Origin: Aquabacterium sp.
GTDB lineage: Bacteria > Pseudomonadota > Gammaproteobacteria > Burkholderiales > Burkholderiaceae_C
Reading direction: 5' to 3'
DNA length: 64,000 bases
NCBI GenBank assembly: GCA_029865965.1
Contig: JARXAJ010000182.1
Coordinates: forward strand, 12,844-76,843
The number at the start of each line of letters is the position of its first letter. Position 1 is the stretch's first letter. The notes below the pieces were generated by a model. That model saw only the letters and a list, made by a program, of their open reading frames with translations, searched no databases and had not been told where the DNA came from. Position numbers and translations under genes: made by a program. Below, in pieces: positions 18,604 to 28,535 of this stretch.

Positions 18604-20511
18604 ATGTTCGAAGTGATTCCGGGCCTGCGTGCCCGTCCAAGCGTGCGCGCTTGTGCTTTGCTGTGCCTGTCGCTGGGCGCTATCTCGTCCGCGCGGGCCC
18701 AGCCCGCTGATGCCAAACCTGCGCAGACTGTTACCGTGGCCGCACGTATTCCGCTCAGTGCAGCGGCCACGGCCGCTGACGTGGTGGTGATCGATGGCGC
18801 GCGCTTGCGGGCCAGTCTGGCAACGTCTCTGGCCGACCTGTTGCGCAGTGAGGCCGGCCTGCAGTTGTCGCGCAACGGCGGCCCCGGGCAAAGCACAGCG
18901 TTGTTCGTGCGCGGCGTGGGTGCATCGGGCACGCTGGTGCTGATCGATGGGGTGCGCGTGGGCTCGGCCACCCTGGGCTCGGCCGAGCCATCCGCACTGG
19001 GCTTGGCCGAGATCGAGCGCATCGAGGTGCTGCGCGGCCCTGCATCCAGCCTATACGGCGCAGATGCCGTGGGAGGTGTGGTGCTCATCACCACGCTGCG
19101 CGGACGCGGCCCGGCGCAGTGGAATGCCCAGGCGGCGGTGGGCGGCTATGGATCGAGCGAGGCCTCGGTGGCCGTGTCGGGCGCTGGCGGCGCGCTGGAC
19201 TACGCCTTGTCGGCCAGCCGCGAGGCCAGTGACGGCTTGACAGCTGTGCGCGCTGGCGACGCCTTCGGCAACTACAACCCCGACAAGGATGGCTACACCC
19301 GCCGTACTCTGCAGGCGCGGCTGGGATGGACACCGCTGCATGGCCACCGGCTGGGCCTGCTGCTGCGCGAGGGCCAGCACGATGCACGCTACGACAGCGC
19401 TGAGTACCTGCCGCCAGACTACAGCGCAGATGCCTCGCCCGATTTCAAAAGCCGGCTGACGACGCGTGTGTTGGGCGCCGACTACCAGGGCCGCTGGTCG
19501 CCGCAATGGGCGCTGACGGCCAAGCTCGCCCGCGGCGTAGACGATTCCCGAAGCGGTGGCAACGTGGTGGACCGCATCGAGACCGTGCGCCAGCAAGCCG
19601 GCCTGCAAGTCGAGTGGACGCCGCTGGCCGGGCAGCAGCTGGTACTGGCGTGGGACCGCCTGTTGGAACTGGCCCGGGCGGACTTCTTTGCCGCGCCGCC
19701 GCAGCGGTCCAACACCGGCTGGGCGCTGGCGTACGCCGGCGAGTTTGCGCTGTTGGCCGTGCAGGCCGATCTGCGCCGCGACAGCAATTCAGTGTACGGC
19801 AGCCAAACCACCGGGCGGCTGGGCCTGAGCGCGGCCGTGGCCGCTGGCTGGCGCCTGCGCGCACTGGTCGGCGAGACCTTCCGCGCGCCCAGTTTCAACG
19901 ACCTGTACTACCCGGGCTACGGGGTGGCCGGCATCCAGCCCGAACGCGGCCGCAGTGCAGAAGTCGGGCTGGCCTGGCAGGACGGCGTGCACAAGGTGTC
20001 AGCCACCGCTTGGCGCAACCACGTGGCAGACATGATCGCCTATGAGTCGGATGCCAACCTTTGCCCGAATGCGGTGGACTACAGCAACGGCTGCGCGCGC
20101 AATGTCGGCCGCGCGCGGTTGTCGGGCCTGTCGCTGGTTGGTCAGACCCGCTGGCAGGCGGTGGGGCTGCACGCCGGCTATGACTACCTGGAGGCGCACG
20201 ACGGCGTCACCGGGGCGTGGTTGCCGCGCCGTGCGCGCCACCAGCTCAGCGGCCGCGCCGACTGGCAGGTGGGTGACTGGACGCTCGGCACCGCGTCATT
20301 GTTTACCAGCCAGCGCCGCGACTCCGGCGGTGTGCCTTTGCGCGGCAGGGGCACGGTAGACCTGAGTGTGGCCTGGCGCTTCCAGCCCGGCTGGCAGCTG
20401 CAGGCCAAGCTGCTGAATGCCGGCGGTGTCGACATCGAACCGTTGCGTGACTACCAGGCCTTGGGCCGGCAGCTCTGGCTGGGTTTGCGCAGCAGCGGCC
20501 AGCTGCTTTGA
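18604..20511 (+). CDS. btuB: TonB-dependent cobalamin receptor (BtuB-like)
   Basis: Signal peptide, plug LVLIDGVR / IERIEVLRGPASSLYGADAVGGV, FRAPSFNDLY; behind the B12 riboswitch. Confidence 0.9.
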   Translation: MFEVIPGLRARPSVRACALLCLSLGAISSARAQPADAKPAQTVTVAARIPLSAAATAADVVVIDGARLRASLATSLADLLRSEAGLQLSRNGGPGQSTALFVRGVGASGTLVLIDGVRVGSATLGSAEPSALGLAEIERIEVLRGPASSLYGADAVGGVVLITTLRGRGPAQWNAQAAVGGYGSSEASVAVSGAGGALDYALSASREASDGLTAVRAGDAFGNYNPDKDGYTRRTLQARLGWTPLHGHRLGLLLREGQHDARYDSAEYLPPDYSADASPDFKSRLTTRVLGADYQGRWSPQWALTAKLARGVDDSRSGGNVVDRIETVRQQAGLQVEWTPLAGQQLVLAWDRLLELARADFFAAPPQRSNTGWALAYAGEFALLAVQADLRRDSNSVYGSQTTGRLGLSAAVAAGWRLRALVGETFRAPSFNDLYYPGYGVAGIQPERGRSAEVGLAWQDGVHKVSATAWRNHVADMIAYESDANLCPNAVDYSNGCARNVGRARLSGLSLVGQTRWQAVGLHAGYDYLEAHDGVTGAWLPRRARHQLSGRADWQVGDWTLGTASLFTSQRRDSGGVPLRGRGTVDLSVAWRFQPGWQLQAKLLNAGGVDIEPLRDYQALGRQLWLGLRSSGQLL

Positions 20512-20525
20512 GCGGGGGCACCACG

Positions 20526-20681
20526 TTGTCGCTTTCGGCCTTGTCAACCCCGCTGCATGCCAGAGCGGTGCTGGGGGCCGCTTCGGCCTCCGGCCATGGC
20601 AAGACCACCGGGACCAGCGTGGTGGTGGCAGTGCTGTTGCCCGCGGTACTTCCGGCACCCCCAGACGCGGGTACGACATGA
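20526..20681 (+). pseudogene. 51-codon remnant of cobyrinate a,c-diamide synthase (CobB/CbiA) N-terminus
   Basis: From TTG 20526: LSLSALSTPLHARAVLGAASASGHGKTTGTSVVVA...; ASGHGKTT resembles the CobB P-loop; stop overlaps the cobU ATG (ATGA). Confidence 0.55.
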
Positions 20682-21247
20682 ATGCAATCGTGCACAGCCT
20701 CATCCTGGGCGGCCAAAAGAGCGGCAAGTCCCGCCTGGCCGAGCAGCGCGCCGCCGCCTGGCTGGCGGCCGCGCCCGGGCACCGCACCACTCTGGTGGCC
20801 ACGGCCCTGGCGGGGGATGCCGAGATGGCTGAGCGCATCGCCCGCCATCAGGCCGACCGTGCTGCCCGCGTGCCTGGCCTGGCCACGCTGGAAGAGCCGG
20901 CGGACCTGGCCGGCGCTATCGCCCGCCACAGCGCGCCCGGCCACCTGCTGGTGGTCGACTGCCTGACGCTGTGGCTCACCCAACGTCTGATGCCCCTGCA
21001 CGGCCCCGGCCTGGACGACGCTGCGCTGGAGGCCGAGGCCGCGCGGCTGCTGCGGGCACTTCAGCAGGCCCCGGGCCCGGTGCTCTGGGTGTCCAACGAG
21101 ATCGGCCTGGGCATCAGCCCACTGGGACGCGAGGTGCGGCGGTTCCTGGATGCATTGGGCCTGCTGCACCAGCAGATCGCCGCCCATTGCGGGCTGGTGC
21201 AGCTGATGGTGGCCGGCATCGCGCTCACCGTGAAGGGCCCGGCATGA
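20678..21247 (+). CDS. cobU: Bifunctional adenosylcobinamide kinase / guanylyltransferase
   Basis: LILGGQKSGKSRLAE, EMAERIARHQ, VDCLTLW, VSNEIGLG. Confidence 0.95.
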   Translation: MNAIVHSLILGGQKSGKSRLAEQRAAAWLAAAPGHRTTLVATALAGDAEMAERIARHQADRAARVPGLATLEEPADLAGAIARHSAPGHLLVVDCLTLWLTQRLMPLHGPGLDDAALEAEAARLLRALQQAPGPVLWVSNEIGLGISPLGREVRRFLDALGLLHQQIAAHCGLVQLMVAGIALTVKGPA

Positions 21248-22140
21248 GCCGCCGCCGCTGGACCTGTCTGTTGGCGGCCTGGTTGCTGGCCGGCTTGCTG
21301 GCTGGCCTGCCGGCGGTTGCACGCGCCCAGCCGCTGGTGGTGCAGGACGACCGTGGCACCAGCCACCGCTTCGACATGCCGCCGCAGCGCATCGTCAGCC
21401 TGCTGCCGTCGTTGACCGAGAGTGTCTGTGTGCTCGATGCCTGCCAGCGCTTGGTGGGCGTGGACCGCTGGAGCAACTGGCCCGAGCAGGTCAACAAGCT
21501 GCCGCGCCTGGGCGGCATGGACGACGCGCTGATCGAGGCCATCGCCCGGCTGAAGCCCGACGTGGTGCTGGCGTCCACCTCGTCGCGCGCGCTCGACCGG
21601 CTGGATGGGCTGGGCCTGCGGGTGTTGCGGCTGCGCTCGGAGACCCACGCCGACGTGCAGCGCACGCTGCAGTTGCTGGCCGGCCTGCTCGGCACGCCGG
21701 ACAAGGGCAGCCAGGCCTGGGCCCGGATCGAGCGCGAGCTGGCCGCCGCCGCTGCCCGCGTGCCGCCGGCGCTGCGCGGCCAGCGGGTGTACTTCGAGAT
21801 CGGCGGCGGGCCGTACGCGGCAGGCGCCCTGTCCTTCATCGGCGAGACGCTCGGCCGCCTGGACATGGCCAACATCGTGCCGGCCAGCCTGGGCCCGTTC
21901 CCCAAGCTGAACCCCGAATTCGTGCTGCGGGCCCAACCTGACATCGTGATGGGCGCAGCCAAAGAACAGCAGGCCATGGGCGGCCGCGCGGGCTGGTTGG
22001 CGCTGGTGGCGCTGCAACGCGGTCAGCGCTGCGGCTTTGCCGCCGACAGCTACGAGGCCATGATCCGCCCCGGCCCGCGCCTGGGCCAGGCGGCTGGCGA
22101 GATCGCCGATTGCCTGCAGCGCCTGGAGGCCGCCAGATGA
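21244..22140 (+). CDS. Cobalamin ABC transporter substrate-binding protein (BtuF-like)
   Basis: Signal peptide, PQRIVSLLPSLTE, LVGVDRWSNWP, RPGPRL. Confidence 0.9.
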   Translation: MSRRRWTCLLAAWLLAGLLAGLPAVARAQPLVVQDDRGTSHRFDMPPQRIVSLLPSLTESVCVLDACQRLVGVDRWSNWPEQVNKLPRLGGMDDALIEAIARLKPDVVLASTSSRALDRLDGLGLRVLRLRSETHADVQRTLQLLAGLLGTPDKGSQAWARIERELAAAAARVPPALRGQRVYFEIGGGPYAAGALSFIGETLGRLDMANIVPASLGPFPKLNPEFVLRAQPDIVMGAAKEQQAMGGRAGWLALVALQRGQRCGFAADSYEAMIRPGPRLGQAAGEIADCLQRLEAAR

Positions 22141-22210
22141 TCCCCGCCTGGCCGCCCGGAGGTGCCGATTCCCGTCTGGCCAGAAGGGCCGCAAGCGCCG
22201 GGGTGTACCA

Positions 22211-23308
22211 ATGAGCGCAGTTCGGCCACCGGTGCGTGAGCGCGATGCTGGCAGCGTGGCGGCGCTGGCCGACCACGCCGATCGGCCCGCCACCTTGGAC
22301 GACGCCGGCCGCCGCCGCCGCCTGGCCTGGCTGCTGCTGGGCATCGGCTTGCTGGCTGTGCTGGCGGGTCTGGTCACCGGCAGCGACGGCTTTGCGCCGC
22401 TGGACACCTGGGCCGAGGCGCAGGGCGACCAAGCCGGCTTGATCCTCGGCCAGATCCGTGCGCCGCGCACCCTGGGCGCCTTGTTGGTGGGCGCGCTGCT
22501 GGGACTGGGCGGTGCGTTGGCGCAGGGCCTGTTCCGCAACCCGTTGGCCGATCCCTACTTGCTGGGCAGTGCTGCCGGCGCCGGGTTGGCGGTGGTACTG
22601 GTGCTGGCCGGTGCAGCGCTGGGTGGGCTGTCCATCAGCCTGGCCACCGCCGCTTGGCTGGAGCGGGTGGGTCTGGTGGTGGCGGCCTTTGCCGGCGCGC
22701 TGGCCGGCGTGCTGCTGACCCTGGTTCTGGCCCAGGGTGCGGTTCAGACCCTGCGCCTGTTGCTGGCCGGCGTGGTGGTGTCGGTACTGCTGGGCGCGGT
22801 GTCCGACCTGGTCACCGTGGTCTCGCCCGACGCGCTGCGTGGCAAGCAGGCGTTCATGCTGGGCAGCACAAGCTTTCTGGGCTGGCCTGCGCTGGCGCTG
22901 CTGGCCACCGGCCTGGTGCTGCTGCTGGCGCTGGCCCTGCGCCATGCACGTGCGCTGGATGCGCTGACCCTGGGCGAGGACAGCGCTGCCAGCCTCGGCC
23001 TGCACCTGGGCCGGGTGCGCCTGGTGCTAGTGCTGCTGCTGGCGGCCAGCACCGCGCTGGCGGTGTCGCAGGCCGGGCTGGTGGCCTTTGTCGGCCTGGT
23101 GGCGCCGCACCTGGTGCGCCGCCATGCGCCGGGTGCGCATGCCTGGTTGCTGAGTGCCAGCGCGGCCATGGGCGCAGTGCTGCTGGGCGTGGCCGATGTG
23201 GTCTCGCGCGCCGTGATCCCGCCGCAGGAGCTGCCGGTGGGCGTGGTCACCGCAGTGCTGGGTGGGCTGTACCTCTTCGTGCTGCTGCGGCGGCGGGGGC
23301 TGGGATGA
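22211..23308 (+). CDS. Cobalamin ABC transporter permease (BtuC/FecCD family)
   Basis: QGLFRNPLADPYLLG, LGEDSAASLG, FVGLVAPH, ELPVGVVT. Confidence 0.93.
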   Translation: MSAVRPPVRERDAGSVAALADHADRPATLDDAGRRRRLAWLLLGIGLLAVLAGLVTGSDGFAPLDTWAEAQGDQAGLILGQIRAPRTLGALLVGALLGLGGALAQGLFRNPLADPYLLGSAAGAGLAVVLVLAGAALGGLSISLATAAWLERVGLVVAAFAGALAGVLLTLVLAQGAVQTLRLLLAGVVVSVLLGAVSDLVTVVSPDALRGKQAFMLGSTSFLGWPALALLATGLVLLLALALRHARALDALTLGEDSAASLGLHLGRVRLVLVLLLAASTALAVSQAGLVAFVGLVAPHLVRRHAPGAHAWLLSASAAMGAVLLGVADVVSRAVIPPQELPVGVVTAVLGGLYLFVLLRRRGLG

Positions 23309-24072
23309 ACGCGCCTGTGCTGCGCGCCGATGCACTGTGCGTTGACCTGGGTGGCCGCACCGTGCTGCGTGGGGTGTCGGCCAGCCTGGCACCGGGCTGG
23401 ACGGCCATCGTCGGCCCCAATGGCGCTGGCAAATCCACCCTGCTGCGGGCCCTGGCCGGCCTGCTGCGGCCGCAGGCCGGCACGGTGTGGCTGGGCGACC
23501 GGCCGCTGGCGGGCGTGCCGCCGGCCGAGCGTGCGCGCCAGATCGCCTGGCTGGCCCAGCAGGGCGAGACCACCGGCGACCTCACGGTGCGCGAGACCGT
23601 TGCCCTGGGCCGCATCGCTCACCTGGGCCTGTTGGCCACACCCGGCCCGGCGGACGATGCGGCGATCGACCAGGCCATGGCCCACACCGAATGCGCCGGC
23701 TGGGCCACGCGCCGCCTGCAGGCCCTCAGCGGTGGAGAGCGCCAGCGGGTGCTGCTGGCCCGCGCCCTGGCCACCAGCGCGCCGGTGCTGCTGCTTGATG
23801 AACCCACCACCCACCTCGACGCACCGCACCAGGTCGCGCTGGCCCGGCTGTTCCGCCGCTTGGCCAGCAGCCATACCGTGGTGACGGTGTTGCACGACCT
23901 GCCGATCGCCGTGCACGCCGACCGCCTGCTGCTGCTGCGTGATGGCGCCTTGGTGGCCGACGGCCTGCCCACCCAGCCGGTATTGCAGCAGGCGCTGGCC
24001 GGCGTGTTCGATGGCGCGGTGCGGCTGCAAGCCACTGGCGGCGTGCCGCGTGTCGACCTGGTCATGGATTGA
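23305..24072 (+). CDS. Cobalamin ABC transporter ATP-binding protein (BtuD-like)
   Basis: GPNGAGKST, LSGGERQR, LLLDEPT, VLHD. Confidence 0.93.
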   Translation: MNAPVLRADALCVDLGGRTVLRGVSASLAPGWTAIVGPNGAGKSTLLRALAGLLRPQAGTVWLGDRPLAGVPPAERARQIAWLAQQGETTGDLTVRETVALGRIAHLGLLATPGPADDAAIDQAMAHTECAGWATRRLQALSGGERQRVLLARALATSAPVLLLDEPTTHLDAPHQVALARLFRRLASSHTVVTVLHDLPIAVHADRLLLLRDGALVADGLPTQPVLQQALAGVFDGAVRLQATGGVPRVDLVMD

Positions 24073-24096
24073 CCCCGATCCTTCAGGATACACAGC

Positions 24097-24397
24097 TTGG
24101 ACATCATCCCGCCCCAATGCGACCAGCCCGCGCCAGACGGTGCGCGCCGCGGTTTGCTGCTGGTGCAGATCAGCAGCGGCAAGGACCTGGGCATGGCCGA
24201 CTTTGGCCTGGCGCTGCGGGCGCATGGCTGCGGCAAGTTGGTCAAGATCGACCAGTCTGCTCAAGAACCCGGCCGTCGTGCAGGCCTTGTTTGGCCGGCA
24301 TCTCCCGCCGCTGCTGTTGGTGTGCGACCGCCTGGCCAATGCGGTGGGCGGACACATCGGCCTGCGCCACCTGATGGCCTTGCTGCAAGACCGTTGA
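24097..24397 (+). pseudogene. Deletion scar: cobO/btuR N-terminus joined out of frame to cobQ C-terminus
   Basis: Frame 1 GARRGLLLVQISSGKDLGMADFGLALRAHGCGKLVKI resembles CobO (RRGL.IV.TG.GKGKSTAAFG.ALRA.G.G); another frame LLKNPAVVQALFG...CDRLANAVGGHI...LL* resembles the CobQ C-terminus. Confidence 0.6.
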
Positions 24398-24416
24398 ACT
24401 TCCCGGAGCCTTGACC

Positions 24417-25481
24417 ATGACCACCAGCCTCCCAGCCGACCTGCAGGCGCTGATTGACCGCGTGCAACCCCGTGCCGATGCGGCACTCGCCCAGCGTTTG
24501 CAGCACCGCCTGGACCGCCTGACCAAGCCCACCGGCGCCCTGGGCCGGCTGGAGGCCCTTGCGGTGCAGATCGGCCTGCTGCAGGGCAGCAGCCACCCGC
24601 AGCTGCACAGCCCGCAGCTGATGGTGTTTGCCGCCGACCATGGCCTGGCGCACCAGGGTGTGTCGGCCTACCCGCAAGAAGTGACCTGGCAGATGGTGGC
24701 CAACATGCGCGCCGGCGGCGCCGCCATCAACGTGCTGGCGCGCCAGCATGGCCTGGCGCTGACCCTGGTGGATGCCGGCGTGGCGCATGACTTCGGCGCG
24801 GCCGATGGCCTGGTGTCGGTCAAGCTGGGCTGGGGCACGGCCGACGCCAGCAGCGGCCCGGCCATGGCCACCGACACCGCCGCCGAGGCCCTGCGCCGCG
24901 GCGCACAGCTGCTGGCTGCGCGGCCCGGCAATGCGGTGCTGTTCGGCGAGATGGGCATTGCCAACACCGCGAGCGCCAGCCTGCTGCTGGCCCGGCTGGC
25001 GGGTGTGCCGCTGGACCAGGCCACTGGCCGCGGTACCGGGCTGGACGATGCCGGTCTGATGCAGAAGCAGGCAGTGCTGGCGCGCTGCCTGGCGAGGGCG
25101 TCGCAGGCCACGGCGCCGCTGGACGTGCTGGCCGAGTTCGGCGGCTTCGAGATCGGCATGGTCGCCGGCGCCATGATGCAGGCGGCGGCCGAGCGCCGGT
25201 TGATCCTGATCGATGGCTTCATCGTCGGCGCGGCCCTGCTGTTGGCCGCGCGCCTGGCGCCTGCGGTGCTGGACGCTTGCGTGTTCGCCCACCGGGGTGC
25301 CGAGGCCGGCCACGGCGCACTGCTGGCGGTGCTGGGTGTCGATCCGCTGCTGGCGCTGGGCCTGCGTCTGGGCGAAGGATCGGGCGCAGCCCTGGCTTGG
25401 CCCCTGGTGCAGTCCAGCCTGCAGTTGCTGGCCGGAATGGCCAGCTTCGACAGCGCCGGCGTCAGCGACCGCGCAGCATGA
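24417..25481 (+). CDS. cobT: Nicotinate-nucleotide--dimethylbenzimidazole phosphoribosyltransferase
   Basis: [40 protein letters not shown]. Confidence 0.96.
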   Translation: MTTSLPADLQALIDRVQPRADAALAQRLQHRLDRLTKPTGALGRLEALAVQIGLLQGSSHPQLHSPQLMVFAADHGLAHQGVSAYPQEVTWQMVANMRAGGAAINVLARQHGLALTLVDAGVAHDFGAADGLVSVKLGWGTADASSGPAMATDTAAEALRRGAQLLAARPGNAVLFGEMGIANTASASLLLARLAGVPLDQATGRGTGLDDAGLMQKQAVLARCLARASQATAPLDVLAEFGGFEIGMVAGAMMQAAAERRLILIDGFIVGAALLLAARLAPAVLDACVFAHRGAEAGHGALLAVLGVDPLLALGLRLGEGSGAALAWPLVQSSLQLLAGMASFDSAGVSDRAA

Positions 25482-26311
25482 ACCCGATGCTGCGCCTGCG
25501 GCATGAAGCGCGCCTGGCGGCGGTTGCCCTGCAGTTTCTGACCCGGGTGCCGGTGCGGTTCCGACAGTTCGACCCGCAATGGTTGCAGGACTGCGCTCGG
25601 CACTTCCCGCTGGTGGGCGCGGGCGTGGGCTTGTTTGGCGCGGTGGTGCTGCTGGCCGCCTTGCAGGTCTGGCCTGCCCCGGTGGCTGTGGCCCTGGCAA
25701 TGGCCGCTACGGTGTGGCTGACCGGTGGTTTCCATGAAGACGGCCTTGCCGACACCTGCGACGGCCTGGGCGGCGCGGTCGACCGGGCGCGGGCCCTGCT
25801 GATCATGAAGGATTCGCGCCTGGGCAGTTATGGCGCGCTGGGACTGCTGCTCACCCTGGCCCTGAAGGCTGCGGTGCTGACCGTTCTGGCGCAGCGCCAG
25901 CCGCTGCTGGCCGCCGCCGCCCTGGTGCTGGCCCATGCCTGGAGCCGCACCGGCGCGGTGGCCCTGCTGGCCTGGCTGCCATATGCGGGAGAGGCCGAGC
26001 ATGCCAAGGCCAAGCCGCTGGCGCAGCACATCGGCCCGGTGGCGCTGGCCGTGGCGCTGGCCTGGTGCGCGCTGCTGGCGCTGTTGTTGCCCTGGCTGGC
26101 CACCTGGTTGAATGGCACCGCCGGCACGCTGCCGGGCCTGTCGCCCGTGCGTCTGGTGCTGGCGGCGCTGGCGGCTGCCGGGGTGGCGCTGTGGTGCGGC
26201 CGCTGGCTGCGCCGCCGCCTGGGCGGCTTCACCGGGGACGGCCTGGGCGCCACCCAGCAATGGTGTGAGCTGGCCGTCTACCTGGCCCTGGCAGCGCACC
26301 ATGGCGCCTGA
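25478..26311 (+). CDS. cobS: Adenosylcobinamide-GDP ribazoletransferase (cobalamin synthase)
   Basis: [40 protein letters not shown]. Confidence 0.95.
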   Translation: MNPMLRLRHEARLAAVALQFLTRVPVRFRQFDPQWLQDCARHFPLVGAGVGLFGAVVLLAALQVWPAPVAVALAMAATVWLTGGFHEDGLADTCDGLGGAVDRARALLIMKDSRLGSYGALGLLLTLALKAAVLTVLAQRQPLLAAAALVLAHAWSRTGAVALLAWLPYAGEAEHAKAKPLAQHIGPVALAVALAWCALLALLLPWLATWLNGTAGTLPGLSPVRLVLAALAAAGVALWCGRWLRRRLGGFTGDGLGATQQWCELAVYLALAAHHGA

Positions 26312-26873
26312 GATGTGGCTATGGCGCCACCCGCGCGCCAGCGGTGCGGCGGGCCGCTGCATCGGCCAGACCGACCTGCCGGTGGACCCGCGCCGTGCCA
26401 AGCGCCTGGCGCACCGTATCCGCCGGGCGGCGCGGCTGCACGGGCTGCCCCGGGTGGTGTGGTCGTCGCCATTGCGGCGCTGTGCCGATGTGGGCCGTTG
26501 GCTGGCGCGCTGGGGCTGGCAGCACCGGGTGGACGCACGGTTGCTGGAACTGGATTTCGGCCGCTGGGACGGCCAGCCCTGGACGGCCATCGCCCATGCC
26601 GATGTGGCGGCCTGGGAGGCCGACTTTGCCGACCATGCCCCGGGCGGCGGTGAGGCGTTGTCCGGATTGGTGCAGCGTTGCCGGCAGTTCATCGTGGCGC
26701 ACGCCGACATGGGCGGCTTGGCGGCCTGCGCCGCGCCGCAGCCACTGCTGGTGGTAGCCCATGCCGGCTGGATTCAGGCCAGCGTGCTGGGCAGCGCCCA
26801 GGGCCTGCAGGCCAGTGCCTGGCCGGCGGCGCCGCGGCATGGTTCTTTGACACGCCGCAGCGGGCTGCAGTAA
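26301..26873 (+). CDS. Histidine phosphatase family protein (alpha-ribazole phosphatase CobC-like)
   Basis: WRHP...CIGQTD, SSPLRRC, ELDFGRWDG, GGE, VVAHAG. Confidence 0.85.
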   Translation: MAPEMWLWRHPRASGAAGRCIGQTDLPVDPRRAKRLAHRIRRAARLHGLPRVVWSSPLRRCADVGRWLARWGWQHRVDARLLELDFGRWDGQPWTAIAHADVAAWEADFADHAPGGGEALSGLVQRCRQFIVAHADMGGLAACAAPQPLLVVAHAGWIQASVLGSAQGLQASAWPAAPRHGSLTRRSGLQ

Positions 26874-27043
26874 GGGCGGGTTGGTGCGGCAGGTTGGTTC
26901 GGCCGAGACCGGCGCATCCGGTCCATCTGCCGCCGCCAAGGCGGCGTTTCACGCCGCCCGCCATCGCCGCGCCTCGGCAGCGCTGTCGCCAGCGCCGGAT
27001 TCCTTTTGGGGCGCGGGCCATCCCCAACCACAAGGCGTCCACC

Positions 27044-27375
27044 ATGCCCATAGCCCGCTGCTTGCACCCCCGTCCAACACAACACCCGCGCGCTGGCGCT
27101 GGCCCTGGACTGCGCCAGCAGCGCCCAGGCGCTGGACCTCACCATCGAGGTGCTGAACCCGAAGCTGCAGCAAGACAGCCTGCTGGCAGCGGTGTACGCT
27201 GACCCTGCAGCCTGGCTGCAGGACAGCCGCGCAGCCGGACAAGATGGTGAGCGGTCTGCCCTTGGAACGCCACGGCTTCACCCGCGACGCGCGCGGCACC
27301 GTGGGCCCGCCTAGCTTTTCCGAGGCCGCGCTGGACCTGCGGGCCGACACCACGATCACCATCACCCTGCAGTGA
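27044..27375 (+). pseudogene. DUF2141 family pseudogene (frameshifts and internal deletion)
   Basis: Fragments AQALDLTIEV...AAVYAD and GLPLERHGFTRDARGTVGPPSFSEAA...TITITLQ* lie in different frames. Confidence 0.65.
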
Positions 27376-27394
27376 GGGCGGGCCACTCCATGCA

Positions 27395-27840
27395 GTGCAG
27401 AAATTTCAGCTGCGCGCTGCTGGCCGCTGCCAGCCTTGGACCCTGGGCTATGCCGGCCTGCAGTCCGGCGCCGAACCCACGCCGTTGCAGTTGCACGGCA
27501 GACTGCCGCAGGAGCTGCAAGGCCAGTTCTTGCGCAACGGCCCAGGTCGCCACAGTCTGCGCGGCCAGCGTCGCCACCACTGGCTCGACGATGACGGCAT
27601 GCTGCAGCGCGACACCCTCGACCCGCCGGGTATCTTGCACCAGGGCCGCTTTTTCTCGGCCCACCCCAAGGTCGAGCCCTGCGGCACGCTGTGAAGCTTT
27701 GGCATCACCAGCTTCTGCAGCCTGCTGTCTGTTTACCGGGTAAATGCCGGCGGTGCGCTGGTCCAGGCGGTGACGCTCTCGGTCGAGGGTCCGGCCCATG
27801 CCGCTGGGGCTGCACGGCATCTTTGTGCCCGGCTGGCGGC
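27395..27840 (+). pseudogene. Carotenoid oxygenase (RPE65/CCD family) pseudogene with large internal deletion
   Basis: N-terminal GRLPQELQGQFLRNGPG...HHWLDDDGM and C-terminal PLGLHGIF motifs only ~450 bp apart. Confidence 0.7.
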
Positions 27841-27854
27841 GGGCGCTGCGCCGT

Positions 27855-28535
27855 TCAGACCGGCGGCAGGCGCCGGCCCGTGCTGCACTGCAGCCGCACC
27901 GTGCAGTCGCCGCACTTGGGCGACCGGGCAGTGCACACATAGCGCCCATGCAGGATCAGCCAGTGGTGCGCATCCTGCCTAAAGGCCGATGGCACGCGCA
28001 CATCCAGCTGCTGCTCGACCGCCAGGGGTGTCTTGCCCGGTGCCAGACCGGTGCGGTTGCTGACGCGGAACACATGGGTGTCGACCGCGTTGGTGGGCTC
28101 GCCGAAAGCCACGTTCAGCACCACGTTGGCGGTCTTGCGGCCCACGCCGGGCAGGGCCTCCAGCGCGGCACGGCTGCGCGGCACCTGGCCGCCGTGCTGG
28201 TCCACCAGGATGTGGCAGGTCTGCAGCAGGTGCTTGGCCTTGTTGCGGTACAGGCCGATGGTCTTGATGTGGTCGGCCACCGCCGCTTCGCCCAGGTTGA
28301 TCAGTGCCTGCGGCGTGTTGGCCACCAGGAACAGCCGCCGCGTGGCCTTGTTGACGCTGACATCGGTGGCCTGCGCCGACAGCAGCACGGCGGCCAGCAA
28401 CTCGAACACGCTGGTATAGGCCAATTCGCTGGCCGGCTGCGGGTTGGCAGCGCGCAGCGTGCCGAAGAAGGAATGGATGTCGGCGGCCGGCATGCGGCGC
28501 ACGGCGGCGCCTGCGGTGGATGGGCGTGCTGTCAT
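27855..28535 (-). CDS. nth: Endonuclease III
   Basis: [38 protein letters not shown]...C. Confidence 0.97.
   Translation of the reverse strand: MTARPSTAGAAVRRMPAADIHSFFGTLRAANPQPASELAYTSVFELLAAVLLSAQATDVSVNKATRRLFLVANTPQALINLGEAAVADHIKTIGLYRNKAKHLLQTCHILVDQHGGQVPRSRAALEALPGVGRKTANVVLNVAFGEPTNAVDTHVFRVSNRTGLAPGKTPLAVEQQLDVRVPSAFRQDAHHWLILHGRYVCTARSPKCGDCTVRLQCSTGRRLPPV

Noticed and set aside
26874-27043. Possible LytTR-type direct repeats upstream of the DUF2141 relic
   Set aside because: Too degenerate to define a repeat unit by eye
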